Source: Dicyema japonicum (taxonomy: Eukaryota > Animalia > Dicyemida). Taken from it: a DNA stretch of 64,000 nt. The translations under genes and the position numbers were made by a program. The stretch lies in the NCBI GenBank assembly GCA_011109175.1, contig RDEW01000009.1:253237-317236 (forward strand), written 5' to 3'. The notes under the pieces are model-generated. The model did not search any database, was not told where the DNA came from, and was given only the letters and a program-made list of their open reading frames with translations. Below are positions 12,720-26,108 of the stretch, piece by piece; the first letter of the stretch is position 1; each line of letters begins with the position of its first letter.

Positions 12720-13130
12720 GACACCAGATGTCTGGCAGTTATCCAAAAATCACTCTCTAAGGAAAAGACGTGATGCTAGGAAAGGACCAGGGAACTGGAT
12801 AAAACCTATTTCAGGGCTATCAGAGATTAGGGACAACTCGCCTAGAATCTGAGTAGAACCTTAATAACCTCCATCTTGTCTCCAGGATCTCGCACGAAAT
12901 CGCTTCTCCTCGTTTTCTTATAAAGAATGTCAGATGGCAATCTGGAGCGGTTCCAGGAGGAAATTGTATTCGAAGTTGATCTCTGTGAAAGGAGTTTAGC
13001 TTTCAAAGCTCCTGTCTTATGCAAGCGTTCTACAATAGTATGGGTTTCACAACTCCGTTGTACAGGCGATCCGAGAAGGGAGTCCAGCTTTTTGGGTTTG
13101 CGTCGGGAATACGATTGTTTTTTATTTTTG
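12720..13130 (-). mobile_element. Degraded LINE 3' region
   Basis: Minus-strand RSTS..NRFYP parallels RSTS..NSFYP in the LINE remnant at 57140-57350. Confidence 0.4.
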
Positions 13131-13329
13131 ATGACCACTAGTTATTTCGTTAATTTCCAACGTTTTTAGTTTTATTGCCAGGAGAGACGTGAAAACCTGT
13201 TATAGAGGCGGATTATTCCTCTTACATTATAAACTATTTATATGAATATATCTGATGCGGATGAGGACATTTTCAGCTACCAGAAATAGAAGAGGATAAT
13301 GTCCCTCTTGATTTTCAATGAAATAAGGA

Positions 13330-13660
13330 CGAAAGGAGTATAAGTTTCAATTTGAGCTTTATGAAACCTTTAATGCTGATGGAAATATATTGCAAATTAT
13401 CGCATGGAGCCATGTGGTGCTACGTGGATAGTTTGTCATTGGAGCTACGTGGGTAGTTGTATTTTCCTTCCTTCCAATTGCGTCACTGGATCCACCTTAC
13501 TGAGGAGGCGCCCAATGCCTGGCCGGCATCAAGAGGGTCCAACAATTCTTCCCCGGGGACAAAGTCGTTACCTGGTGACAAGTTCTGGAATGCTGGAACA
13601 AGTCAGGATCGAGGAGTTAGTTAGTTTGGTTACCCTTGGTGTTTGGAAATAATTTTAATT
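13330..13660 (+). mobile_element. LINE 3' fragment; related inverted copy at ~10075-10320
   Basis: GTCAGGATCGAGGAGTTAGTTAGTTTGGTTACCCTTG matches the reverse complement of 10099-10136. Confidence 0.5.
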
Positions 13661-14099
13661 TAAAGGAATTTGGATTATATGAAGTATTAGAAAAATTTTT
13701 CCGGGATGTTGAGATGCATTGTCGTATTGACGAGGCGTGTGATAGTGTTTTAAGATTCCGTCGTATCTTTAAGATTAAAATTTCAAAATAAACACTGGTT
13801 ATTATGTCGTTCAAATTGCCTTTACATGTGTTGGAATAATAAATGAACAGATCCGACGTGTGCGACTAAAGCTGGAACATTTCGAATAACAAAATAATTA
13901 GTTCAAACAAGTAAACTTTTTATAGAAAAGACGTGATTCAGATGTTTAAAGAATACCAAATTGTAGTGTTGAGAATCAAAAAGCTTTTTTCTTATAAGAT
14001 TCTCTACGACAAGGTTTTAATATCAGAGTTCTTCACATTGCAGAACGTAAGCTTTCAGTTTATCGTAGTTGGAGAATCAGTACAAGTGGTTAAGGGATT

Positions 14100-14800
14100 C
14101 TTAAAGTATCTTTAACAAGATCTTCTTGACTGACCAGATTTTTCGACACCTGAAAAATCTTCAGAACACAACAAATACGTTTAAACTAAAATTGACGAAC
14201 TTAGTAAGACCCTTTAGTTTTCATGTGTGTTGGAGGATCAGATACATGTGGATTAAATGAGTTTACTCGAATCATGGCTATTAAAAGAATTAGCGATCTC
14301 GAACAAGTCAGTGGAGAGGAACTTAAGCAGTTAATTTTTGTTCCAAAATTTCTGCTGTAAAAAATGCCACTAGGGACATGAAACTTTGATTGGAAGAAGC
14401 CTATGGGAAAATCATTGTTTGCGCAAAATCAGCTTAGAAGACAGAGAGTAAATATTGTTGAAGAATTAACCAAAGTCTTTTGTTTGTTTTCTCAGAAGCA
14501 GATCAAGCTGGGAAGGTAGCCTCGTAGAGGCTTGTTCTTGGGGGAGGGAATGTATATATTAATTACAATGAAAACCAATTCAACGTTGGGAAAGTAAGGA
14601 ATGTGTAGTATTCGAGGTATCGGTGAAAGGAATTTTGAGATGAACGAATATAATAATTCCTCCACCAGTGGATCCACTGAGAAGATTAATACGAATACAT
14701 GAATAATTATGAAAAGAAGGGATTTATCTAGAAAGCAATTCAGGCTTCTTCTTTTAGAGAAAACCATGCTTTATGGGAGGGCAAGAACAATTACAATTTC
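14100..14800 (-). mobile_element. Degraded APE region of the Ingi/Vingi-like LINE
   Basis: LVFIVINIYIPSP parallels LILINIYIPPP of the 38135-41420 element. Confidence 0.45.
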
Positions 14801-14954
14801 TCCAATTTGGAAATGATATTTTTGGTATTTAGCTGAAGAATTTTAAGGTTATCAGAAAGGGCAAAGGATTTACGGGAGTAACTTAACATCTGTCGGACGA
14901 TATTCACTGGCGGAAAACCTAATGAGAATAGGGGATATGGTCTTATATAAATCA

Positions 14955-15600
14955 TTAGTTAGTTAAATCACATCCGCGTTACTAGTAAACACTGTTTATG
15001 GTTTCGCTTGTGCCATGTTTTTCGACTATCCTATCCGTTAGTCTTCTCGATCCTTTTCGTTGTCGTGCTAGTCTCCTGATTTCGTTAGATCGTCTGCATC
15101 CATCAGTTGGCCACAGATCACTGCATAATCCTCCGCAAGTGTCCTCGGAAGACAATTTCTTGGACGTTTTCTGAATGCAAAAAATTCGGTATGGTCGAAA
15201 AATTCTTCCATGGCGGCATTGCATGGTGTTTGTTCATCCGTAGAATGTCCAAATAGGCGCCTGCTGGCTTCAAGTACGTTCAGACTTATTGGTCCACAAT
15301 CAGTCAGTTTGTATAATTTATTGTTGAGATTTTCTTTGGCCAAGTTGAGATCCAAAAAGTTGTCTATAATTTATTGTTTGAGATCCAAGGAGTTGTCTTA
15401 GTTGGTCTCTGTGAAACGAATCGAGTTGTTCCACATCTTTCTTTGATGTTCCCCAAGTACCTACGTTGTACATGAGGACTGATCGGACAAATCTATTATA
15501 TATGCGTAATCGCATCTTAGTATGAATTTGATTCTTTCTCATCAGAATGGATTGTAATTTTTAAGTGCTATTATGGCCAATATCTTTCGTCTTGTGATAT
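14955..15600 (-). mobile_element. 5'-truncated RTE-like LINE
   Basis: MRLRIYNRFVRSVLMYNVGTWG..LDSFHRDQLR, RRLFGH, RPRNCLP; tail TTAACTAACTAA. Confidence 0.8.
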
Positions 15601-15676
15601 CTCTGAATTGTAAATGATAACTCAGCTCATTTCCTAGAAGAGATGACACACATTGAGAAACAACTCGCATTATAAC

Positions 15677-17777
15677 TAGAATAATTTTTGTCAATAAAGT
15701 CAAAAATTCATATGTTCTTTAAACTTGTTTAAAACTTATAAAAATGTAATTTTTAATCAAAAATATTATATAAATCAAAAAGTTATAAAGTCAAAAAGTC
15801 AAAAATTTAATGTCAAAATTTAATTTTTAAGTCAATAAAGTCAAATTTTTAATGATTTTTATTAATTTTTTCAGTTTTTGAATAAAATACTAATGTGTCG
15901 TCAACTACTATGCCTCGTTCAATCAGGAAGGTCGTTGAAAAGTTTAAGACCGTTATTAGAATATTGCTCAATTTTCTATAACTCACGTATTTTCTAAAAA
16001 ACAGCTTTTTGTTGAATCTTTCATCAATAAAACATTTCAAACTAACAGTTCTATCATTTTATTACTATTTCACAGTTGGTACTTTAAAATATCTAATTTT
16101 CTCATTCCATCTACTCTAGGCTCAATAAGGTCACTAATGCTTACTCGGATGTGATTTTCTTTGACAAGTTGAGCATTAAAGTTTACAAAACTTGTTTGAG
16201 GAATTGGATATAGTTTTAATTCCTTCTATGCATAGTGTAGAATATTTACGGGGATCTACCAAAATAACTCTCAGAATGGGGAGTTGTCTTGAAGTTGTTG
16301 AACATTATTGTAAATCTTTATTAAAGTAAAAAATAACTATAAATTTTTTATAAAAATATAATTTTAATCAAAATGATGTAGTATCTATTAGAATCAAATA
16401 CGGAGCAATTTATCTGCTATATTATGTAATATTGGTTTATAAATTTATAAGGATGACAAGAAAAACTTACTTCACATTAGAAGACGCAGTTAGAATATAC
16501 AAAAATTGTATTTTAGTAACGATTTATGCGGAATAAAAGTATCTGGAATCTATGTTTCTGTTAATAAGTTTTTTTCTATTACGAAAATGGAACAACATAC
16601 TTCTCAATGCATATACGACTATTTAAAAAAAATCTCCTTCCACATCATTATTGTTCAGTAAAGATTTTTATTATTGTAAAATTATTATCTAAATACCGAA
16701 ATTTTTAACCTGAAAACGTTTTGAATTACATTATTCTGTATTTTAATAAAGTTTTCGATTAGTTTTTTCATATTTAAGAAAAAATTTTTTATAGATAAAT
16801 TTCATAAAGTCAAAAATGGTCAAAATTTGAAATTTTAAAGTCAATAAAGTCAATTTTTAGGTCAAAAGTTCGAATTTATAAAGTCAAAAAATTGCCCTAA
16901 ACTCGATATGAAGATCATAAAGTTTATGAATATTTTTTTCGGAGTGCTGTAATAGACGGTGCATGATAGTTTAGTTTAAGGAATAGCTTTTTTAAATAAC
17001 TATTCCCTAATTTGTGAAGTGGAATATCAGCATTTAAAAATGCTTTAGCCAAAAAATATCCATTTTACTTTTTTTCTTCAGAAAGATAAGGTTAAGTGGT
17101 CTCTATACTTTTTTGACATTCTGTCTGATGTCTTTTTACATTGTTGATCGATGTAGTATTGTTTAGGTGATTTTCTATCTTAGAGCATATTTGGCAAAAT
17201 ATATCTCTTTTTGGTGTTCTTGTAAATATGTATGAGTTTTTGGAAATTGCTTTTGAAATTCGTTCCTTATTTTTTCCTCTGAGTTCTAATAGTTTTAATA
17301 ATTGAGAAAATAAAAACCTGCCATTGAATGCCAATAATAATAATAATAGCCTTTTTCACGGAGCGTGGTATTAGCTCCTCATAGGCAGGACACGAACTTT
17401 ATTTAAGTAAAGAACAGTTAATTTTAACTAATCGTAGAACCAAGGAATGATCTTGACTTCTATTGTGTTTTTCTTGTGTGTGGGTCCTTTTTTGACAATT
17501 CAGTTCCGCAGTGAGAGTCCACTGAAGACGGCGTCACTCGTCAAGCCTTTTTGTAGATGCGTGGAACCTTCCATTATGGGAACAGCAGCGAGAATCGAAC
17601 CCGTAACCTAAGTCACTTTAGCCCCACACCTAACCACTATGCCAGCCGGCCTGTATACAACAAAAAACAATTTATAACATGTAATTTAAAATGAAAAAAT
17701 CCTAGCAAAATTAAAAAAAATAATTATATCCTATTTTAGGAAAATTTTACCTGTGAAATGGGACAATTTCCGCCCTA
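15677..17777 (-). mobile_element. Degraded hAT-superfamily (BED finger, CGGBP1-like) transposon region, probably nested, interrupted by a SINE
   Basis: BED-like IFCQICSK..NNVKRHQTEC (17092-17334); LAKAFLNADIPLHKL..PSITALRKKY (~16930-17055); AAAGTCAA motif arrays at 15690-15850 and 16800-16890; TAGGGC termini on the minus strand at 16899 and 17777. Confidence 0.6.
17333..17650 (-). mobile_element. tRNA-derived SINE, apparently full length
   Basis: Minus strand GCCGGCTGGCATAGTGGTTAGG (A box, 17634-17644)..GGTTCGATTC (B box, 17592-17601); body shared with 51486-51743; (TTA)n tail. Confidence 0.8.
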
Positions 17778-18029
17778 GTGATTATCTATGTTACAGGAAT
17801 ATAATTGGTGATTATCTTTGTTATCTAAGTTTTTATCATTAGTTTAAAAATAACAAAAATGATAGCCAGGTCCAGTTGTTTCTAGCACAAATCTAGCTTA
17901 TATAATCTTAACTTGTGTCTCATAAATTTTCTTCAATGTTAGCTCAAGTATGAGAAACAACTTATTTAAGTTACCAATGACAGTTATTGAAAAACTCATG
18001 AATAAATTAGTTGAAAAAGGAGATAAATT

Positions 18030-20386
18030 CTAATACGAAATTCCTAGTTGATCAAGTTCATACTGATCGTCATCCTCATCATTAGATTGAATTGGAGTAG
18101 TGGGACGGGTTGAAGCTGGACTTAGCACTCCAACTGAGGAAGCTTCATAAAAATCACACATCTGTCCAGTTTGCCTCTGAATAGAAAGATTCCGGGCTGT
18201 TTTGTAATACTAGTGTTATTAAATTCAGCAAAAACACGACTCATAGACTTCCAGTCAATAATATCCCCTAATCTTTCAGTACGATTTCTTAGAATTGACC
18301 TCTGTCTTCTGTTTTTGAGCGTGTAATCGTACATTACCTAGAAAAAAAGGTCATAAATTGTGACTTACGTCAGTCAGTTGCTGAACAGTCTCTTCCAAAG
18401 AAACATATCTTCTTTTAATTATGTATACTCCATAGTCATCAGGCCTCGCAACTTTGCGATTTATGTAGTTCCCAAATCCTGAAAGATCGGTCGTTATGTT
18501 AGGGACCCCACTCACTACGCACTCAGCTAAAGTATAATAATAACATAAAACCGGGAGTATATCCCATGGCTCATAATAAGACGGAAAAACTCCCAAGTGA
18601 CATCCTCGGATGAACTCCAAATATTCCATGGGCAACAAAGGATTGAATGTATTGAGAAATTCTGGATGAAAAACAATCTAAAAGTTAAATGACATTCAAC
18701 CTTGACTCTGTCTTCCTTATTGTTGAACAGCTGGCATCGCCGAATGTCCATCAATACTGGGTCAGTTGAATCATTCACCATGTTATGCGTGCAGACTGGA
18801 GGCAATGTACTCCTCTGAGCACTTTGGATGCACTTTTTGAGCTTCATCTGGTCGTCGTGAGAAATAATGTTCTCCCCGGTAGCCAACACTCCTCTAAACC
18901 ATAAAGTTGGTTCCTTACCGCGATGTATGGTCTAGGATTTTGCTTCTTATATGATCCATAATTTCTTCAACCGTGTCCAACTGTTGCTTCCCAATAGCGG
19001 ATCCACGTAGAGTCTCAACATTAAAATTATTGACAGCGGCCGGGAAAATAATGAAAACTACAACAGTCATTTCACTGCCTGCTTCCTAAAATAAATAAAT
19101 GGGAGGGACAATTAGCCGCTTATTTAGTCTCGATAAGGCTTCGATGAAGACGTCTCCTCCTTTATTTCGATATTCATACCTCCCAGCTGTGAAATAGTAA
19201 AGGGTTTTATCGAGGTCAAAATTCATACATCTAATGTACATTTTAATACAAAAATGGGATAGTATGAAGAATTATAATGCTTTTTTTAACCCGTGGAAAT
19301 GTCCTCTCACAAATGACTCGATTTTTTCCTTGTATTTTGCATGGAGATTCTGAAAGTCGTGAAGAGTCGCAAACTGGAAGATATTCAGTCCATTAGGGGT
19401 GACCACATCTTGGAATCAGTTTTAAGGAAAACCGGGTTGTCTGCCCAAAAGATGCAAAGACTCATAACCAGTGATTTCAGAAACTGTCGTAAACACGTGG
19501 GCGCAATGAGTGGCTGCCTTTTCTGTGCAATAACGTGAATAGATATTCCTCTTTCCGGCTTCATAGTCGCAGGAAATCTGAAATTCTTCCCATGAAAGAG
19601 ACCTGTTCCATATGGGTATACAGATCAAAGTTTGATGCTGCTAAATAGCGTCCAAGGAGAGTTGCATGAGTCGTAAATATCAGAGCACAGTCTGTTAGAG
19701 CGATTCTAAGCAATATGACAGCCATTCCCACTTGCCATTCATGGCAATGAAGAACCACATGGGCTGAAGGACCAATATTAGTTGAAAACTGACATGAAAT
19801 GTTGAATTACCTCGGCTACATAGAGTTTTATCAAATTGGATAAAACTAGGCAGTTGTTGCATTCTGTGTCATTCTTATCAAAACCAATATTGGCTGTATT
19901 CCAGAATTCTTCTTCCATTTTTCCAAGTTATGCCAGGAACTACCCAGATCGAATAAAACCACATATGGAGACCCGCCTATAAGCCACCGACCACAGAATA
20001 TCTAAAATTACCACAAGAATTTACCTGAATTCCCATATTCCTCAAAGTCGCAGCTGTCCTTCTGTGATACTGATTATTGAATTCACAAATCTCTATTTTC
20101 GAAAGACTATCCATTCCAAGATATGGCCCAAACATGCAATAATTATCTCCATATTCAGCAGTTGAACATTCAGCTTTTGTGCTCAGAACAGTGTGTAGCC
20201 CACCAACTTTGCTTATGTCTAGAATTACAAGATACCTTTATTAGTGACTTCCCAAGAGGCCTCAAAGAGCCAAATGTTAGCAGCAGCTACAGCCTCTCCG
20301 CCATCAAATGTAATTGGTTCAGGATAGTTCTCTTCAGTTTCGGGATTCAGGTTAGCTGCACTAATTCGTCTGCTAAAACTGTTCAT
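18030..20386 (-). CDS. GYS: Glycogen synthase (GT3), multi-exon
   Basis: [79 protein letters not shown](G)[26 protein letters not shown]. About 11 introns of 22-31 nt plus one of 60 nt; a few 1-nt indels. Confidence 0.95.
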
Positions 20387-20869
20387 TTAATTTAAACTTA
20401 TTAGATTTTATTATTAAATTAAATTTCCAAATTAAATAAACAATTAATAATATTTTTAACATTAATGTTTAATTTAAAAAATATTAAACTGTCATTAAAA
20501 GTATATTATTTAATGCGTCTGGTTTTTTTTACTCCCTAATTTCTATGAAAATGTATTTCATGCTTTTTCATGTTATAAATTATTTAAAAATTAAATATAA
20601 GTGTTTAATAATTAAAATTCAATATTGATTGAAAATATCACTACTACTTAATTCATATTGATAGATTAAATATCTAATTCTTGAATAATCTAGTTTCATA
20701 CTTTACAGTACAATCATTTTTGGATTGTCTACTCTAGTTTCTTCATGCTCATTTAAATCAATTATTCATATATATAAATTAATTTTTCTCATGACAGTAT
20801 AAATCCAAAGTTCCTTTTAAATTTAATATAATTGATTTAATCAATTTTGGCTGATAATTTTTTTATTTG

Positions 20870-21050
20870 TTCCACTTGGCGTTGAGACGTCTGGTTCCTT
20901 TCCGCCTGCGACGCTGTAATTCTTGAGTCGTCTAGGGAATCGGATCGCTACACGAACAGGAGACCTTCGTGAGCACTGCTGGTTATTTGAGCGAATCTCG
21001 CTCGCTATCCTGAGATGGAATAGCCACGCATTCAGGGCAGCCGCTATTTA
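20870..21050 (+). mobile_element. CRE-like 3' fragment
   Basis: FVPLGVETSGSF..LGNRIATRTGDLREHCWLFERISLAIL. Confidence 0.75.
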
Positions 21051-21089
21051 ACCGTTTACTCTCTTTTCTTTAATTTTAAAAAATTTTCG

Positions 21090-21508
21090 AAAGTAACGAT
21101 GGGAAATCCGGGAAATGGGGAACCAACATATTCAACTGACCACCTTCTCTTTATGGACGATATAAAGTTGTTTTCGAGCCAAAGTCACTCAATGGAAATA
21201 ATATTGGAGGAAGTTGAATCGTTTTTTTGATGCAGCCGGGATGGAGAAAAACTTTGACAAATTTGCAACACATGTGAAGTCTTTGTCTGAGAAGGCTTGT
21301 TTCCTCGATGGATTGGATGGATACCGATATCTATGAGTTCTTGAAAATAAGAACAGTAATGTTCTTAAAAGGGAAATTATGGATAAAATCTACAAAGAAG
21401 CATCTAAGCGGATCAAAAACTTTACTAAGACAGATTTAAGCTCAGAAACCAGTTTAAGGGGATGAACGAGTATTCACTCTCATTCTATAACTATTACATT
21501 TGATTGAT
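21090..21508 (+). mobile_element. R4/Dong-like RLE non-LTR element, left part (split by the RTE insertion)
   Basis: HLLFMDDIKLF, YRYL.VLE, NEYSLSF.NYYI; continues as GLIDIEP at 27023. Confidence 0.75.
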
Positions 21509-23964
21509 GGAAGGCATCTAGTTTGTCCATTACCGCTTCTGAGACACCCCAGGTTGCAGCGTTGTACATTAAAACTGGTTTCACGAAGGCATTGTATAGT
21601 CTCACACGTAATTGTATGCTAATTTGTTCACGATGATTCCAGACTACTCCCATTTTTCTAAAGGCCGCGACGGCCAACATCTTCCTGTTAGTGATATCCT
21701 CAGCGTCTCCGAGCAACGACCCCAATTTTTTACAGTATCTCTATTTTTCATCAGTTCGGGTTAGTTCACGGCGTATGGTAGTTGTCTCCGTTTTTTCCGT
21801 AGTCGATATCATTGCATAAATCACTTCAGTTTGAGGTAGATCGCCAATTAATAGTCTGAAGTCTCTGAGTGCCGCCTCCAGATATGTCACAAAAAGTACC
21901 GGTGACAAGGAATCTCCCTGCGGTACCCCGAACGTTGTCTCGAATGGAACAGACTCCAAATTTCCAAAACGTACACTTAGCTGCGTTGTTCCAAGTAATA
22001 GGCGGATCATTCTGACACTGTCCTTGTCAACCAATTCCAAGATATCCAAAAGTCTCCCTCTGTGTATAGAGTCAAAGGCTTTGGACATGTCCATGCCAAG
22101 GATGCTAATAGCCCCCTTGTACTTTTGATGTGTTGCACAAAACCATCGATGTCCCAGACCAAATCAGCTGTAGATCTCCCTTACCTGAATCCGCTTTGAC
22201 CGTGAGAGAGAAAGTTCTCGATGTCAGATCCAATCCTGTTCAGCACTATAAGTGATAGTGTCTTGCGTAGAGTTGTCAATAGTACGATGGGTCTTAAATT
22301 CGTTAAGGGGCCTTTGCTTTGCTTGGTTTTTGTATTGCACTTAGTGTGCCATTACCCACATCCAGTGGTGAGTTGTATTTGAATGTTTTGTTGTATATCT
22401 CAGTTAATAGTTCAGAGATCTCGGTCGGTGCATATTTGAGAAGTTCTGCATTTATGTTGTCAGGGCCAGCAGCTCTATTGTTGTTCAGTTTGTCCAGGGC
22501 TTTTTTTGTTTCCAGAATCGTTATCGGAATATTTAGTTCTCGTGCTTCACCATCGAATTGTTTGATTTTTTCCCCGTGGTTTTGATTGAAGGCCTGCTGA
22601 TAATGGCTGGATATGGCCGATAGAATTTCATTTTTGTTTAACATAGTCTTTCCAAACTGATCATGTATTGTGATTTTTGATGACTGCGTGTCTCTATGTA
22701 GTAGGTGAACAGCCTTGAACATCTGCGCTCCGTTTTTGAGTCTTTCTACTTCTTTAGCCATTCCAACAAGTTTATTTTCCTTTATTTCCCTCGTTCTTTT
22801 CTTTATTTTATACAGGGTTTGGTTCCGCATGACTCTTAGAGTGTGTTCCTTTGCCTGGTCCTGACAGGTTTCGACCTGTAAACGTAGGTTCCTCTGCAAT
22901 TTGGATAGTTCTTCAAGCTCGTGGTCATAGTGCCCGTTGAAATGCTTCGGTTTTACTCCAACTGTTGAATGGGCCGCGCACTTTATTGCATCGATGGTGT
23001 CTTGCCACAGCTCCCCAGGCATTTTTTCTTTATTCCACTGTCTGATCTTTTCTCTCAATGTATTTTGATAGCTTTCCCGAGTCGGTCCCACCATGCAGAG
23101 TTGCTCTACTGCGAACCTCCCCTCAGATATCCTCATGCCAGCCGCTTTGGAAACCCCAAAATATCGTTTGAAAAGGAAACGTGCCACAACCAATCTGTGA
23201 TCACTATCTACTAGTGTCCCACTGTAGCTCCGAGAATCTGTTAGCAGTGCCTTGTAGGCTTGTTTGCAGATAATGTAATCTATTTGGTTATATATAGGCT
23301 TGATAGTCCCAGATTTGTCCTTTCGGTAGCAGCTCCATGTCGTCTTATGTCTTGCTGAGTGCCTGAAAGCAGTATATAATAGTTTGAATGTATTGCAAAA
23401 TTCGATAAGCGATTCTCCTGAATGGTTCCTGATCCCCCTTCCATGGCTTCCCATGAATTCTTCGTGACTACTCCACGTCCTGCCTTTGCGTTCCAATCTC
23501 CGGCGATGTATGTCATGAACGATGTTTCCAAAGATGCATATAGTTGCGACAGGGAGGAATAGAAGTCGTCTAGTTTCTCCATTGATTGATACTCTCACCG
23601 AAGTTGGTGCATATACATTAATAATGGAGATTATGGGATTGTTCGTTTCACCGTATTTTAATTGTAAAACGGTTCCCATTCAAAATGGCCTCCGATCCAT
23701 TCAAATTTTTTTCTCAGGTTTTGGATAAGTTCATCAATAGACATCACGAGATATTTTAGCAAAGTCCTCGACTTCTTTAGGTAAAAAAGTCATCTTTTTT
23801 AAATCTTATAAAAATTGATTTTAAGGGATCCTATGGGTAAGTGGAACATTTTAGCAAGGTCCTCGACTTCTTTAGGTAAAAAAGTCATCTTTTTTAATAT
23901 TTTTATAAAAGTTTAAAATGAAATATTTATTTTCAATAGAAAAAAAGGAAAATGATTATAAATG

Positions 23965-25390
23965 TTAATAGAACACAAATTCTACTAAATTGAATATATA
24001 TACTGTCGGATCCATATTAAATAATATTTGTTCATGAACAAATCTCAATGTATTCTCAGATAAAGCGATATATTTTGTTTTTCTAAGAATTTTTTCTTCA
24101 TTTTGTAATCTTAAGAAGTTAATCATTATGCCTTCTTCTTCTATTACCAATTTCTTTACAAAATTTCTTGGCGTCTTCTTTAGTGTCCCAAATGTATTTC
24201 TAAAAACGTTGTGCCAGCCTTCAATTGAGTTATTTGTCCGAGGTAAGTCCTCATATATATTATCCAGATTATTCCAATAATTAATTGGAAATCTTGGAAT
24301 AAATGCATTTTCTTGATTTCCATATAATTGATCGAAAATATTGATATAATGGATTTAGAATCAGGAAAATCTGATCTCGACACTATACAATCAAAAGTGT
24401 TCTTCACAGAATGTGTAGGAATAAAGGAGAGGCATTTCAACATTTTTACAAATCTATCGTTAATTTTAAATCACATTTAACATATTTATATCTTCATTAT
24501 TAATGTCGTTAAAAATTCTAGTTGCAATATTTTTTTATTAATATTTTGTCCTAGATGGAACATTCAACAATTTATCCGTGCGTTTGGAAATGATTTTTGA
24601 AAAGAGTTTATTGCTCCTTTTTCAAAATCTGAGCCAATAACTCTTGGTTCTAAATCCGGAATGAGACGTTTGATTATTTGAAGCATTGTGTCATATTTAT
24701 TTTCAGTTTTTGATGTTAAAAGACAGAATATTATTGGGATTACATTGTGATTAAATATTACATATATTATGAATAATTGCTTCCAAGGAAGAGGTGCAGA
24801 CAGAAAAAGTCTCATCAATAGACCATATTTTATGATTTTTTAATGGTGTCGTCATTTCAGAATTAAAAAAAAACCATATTTGTCTCAACATCTGATAAGT
24901 TAATCATTAATATACCAATATTTCTGCGAAAACTGTGTCCAAACTGATAGAATCTATGTCCTCGTAAAGTATACATTAAATTCTCCTCAATATTAGAACT
25001 GAATCATACTTTCGTGTGGGATACTTTTTCTTGTTCTATTAATCAGTTGTTCCAGAGAAGAATGAGTCCCTGTCAAAGCAATAGTTGTCAAATTTTGTCC
25101 AAGCAGAGAATTATTAATATCTGTCTAGGACCCATATCACATAAGAGTGATTTCTACCTTATGTCCTCCCGTATTAAGGCTCTCTTGACAAATTCACTCC
25201 TTGGAAGATGATTATGTTGCTTCAGACTCCAAACTTCATTACAGGATTGAATAGTTTTTACAGATCCAGGACAAGTACGATCTGAGCACCTCCAATATGT
25301 GATATGTCCCTTCCTGTATTTTAAATGATAAAGATTTCCATCATGTTCTAAACTTCTATTTCCCTTTTGGTTAACATAAACGGCATGCAA
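23965..25390 (-). pseudogene. FLYWCH-type zinc finger + MULE transposase, disrupted
   Basis: YWRCSDRTCPG..HNH; QLFII..PIIFCLLTSKTENKY..SDFEKGAINSF..FP..FHLGQ; PRTNNSIEGWHN; several frameshifts and stops. Confidence 0.85.
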
Positions 25391-25538
25391 TAGTGAATCA
25401 ATTAATTAATTAAATTATTCAAAAGTTTTATTATAATAAAAGAAATTAAAAGAGACAATAACTTATTAAATTTAGTTTTAATAAAAATAATTAATTTTTA
25501 TTCCAAAGTCAATTAGTATCTTAAAATCATAGGGTTTG

Positions 25539-26108
25539 GAGGACTTTGGTAAAATGTTCCGCTCACCCATAGGATCCCTTAAAATCAATTTTTATAAGAT
25601 TTAAAAAAGATGACTTTTTTACCTAAAGATGTCGAGGACCTTGGTAAAATGTTCCGCTCACCCATAGGACCTTAAAATCAATTTTTATAAGATTTAAAAA
25701 AGATGACTTTTTTACCTAAAGATGTCGAGGACCTTGGTAAAATGTTCCACTTACCCATAGGACCTGTTAAAATCAATTTTTATAAGATTTAAAAAAGATG
25801 ACTTTTTTACCTAAAGATGTCGAGGACCTTGGTAAAATGTTCCACTTACCCATAGGACCTCTTAAAATCAATTTTTATAAGATTTAAAAAAGATGACTTT
25901 TTTACCTAAAGATGTCGAGGACCTTGGTAAAATGTTCCACTTACCCATAGGACCTGTTAAAATCAATTTTTATAAGATTTAAAAAAAGATGACTTTTTTA
26001 CCTAAAGATGTCGAGGACCTTAGCAAAATGTTCCACTTACCCATAGGACTTCTTAAAATCAATTTTTATAAGATTTAAAAAAGATGACTTTTTTACCTAA
26101 AGATGTCG
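25539..26108. repeat. Six tandem ~95-bp units in the MULE subterminal region; ~1.5 inverted units at ~23758-23898
   Basis: GAGGAC unit starts at 25539, 25634, 25727, 25822, 25917 and 26013. Confidence 0.95.

Noticed and set aside
17515-17570. Hammerhead ribozyme in the SINE body (CTGAAGA / CTGATGA)
   Set aside because: GAAA is missing in both good copies (GTCAAG, GTCAAAC), the third copy has CCGATGA, no stem III/NUH is evident, and it is antisense to the Pol III head
17585-17650. Functional tRNA gene
   Set aside because: A and B boxes are present but there is no convincing acceptor or anticodon stem, and it continues into a repeated body and simple-repeat tail, so it is a SINE head
22319-23728. 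Short plus-strand ORFs here and similar antisense ORFs over other LINEs and genes
   Set aside because: Shadow ORFs of real coding sequence on the opposite strand, with no motifs
25539-26108. CRISPR-like array
   Set aside because: Units are contiguous and near-identical with no unique spacers, there are no cas genes, the context is eukaryotic, and the array is part of a MULE TIR
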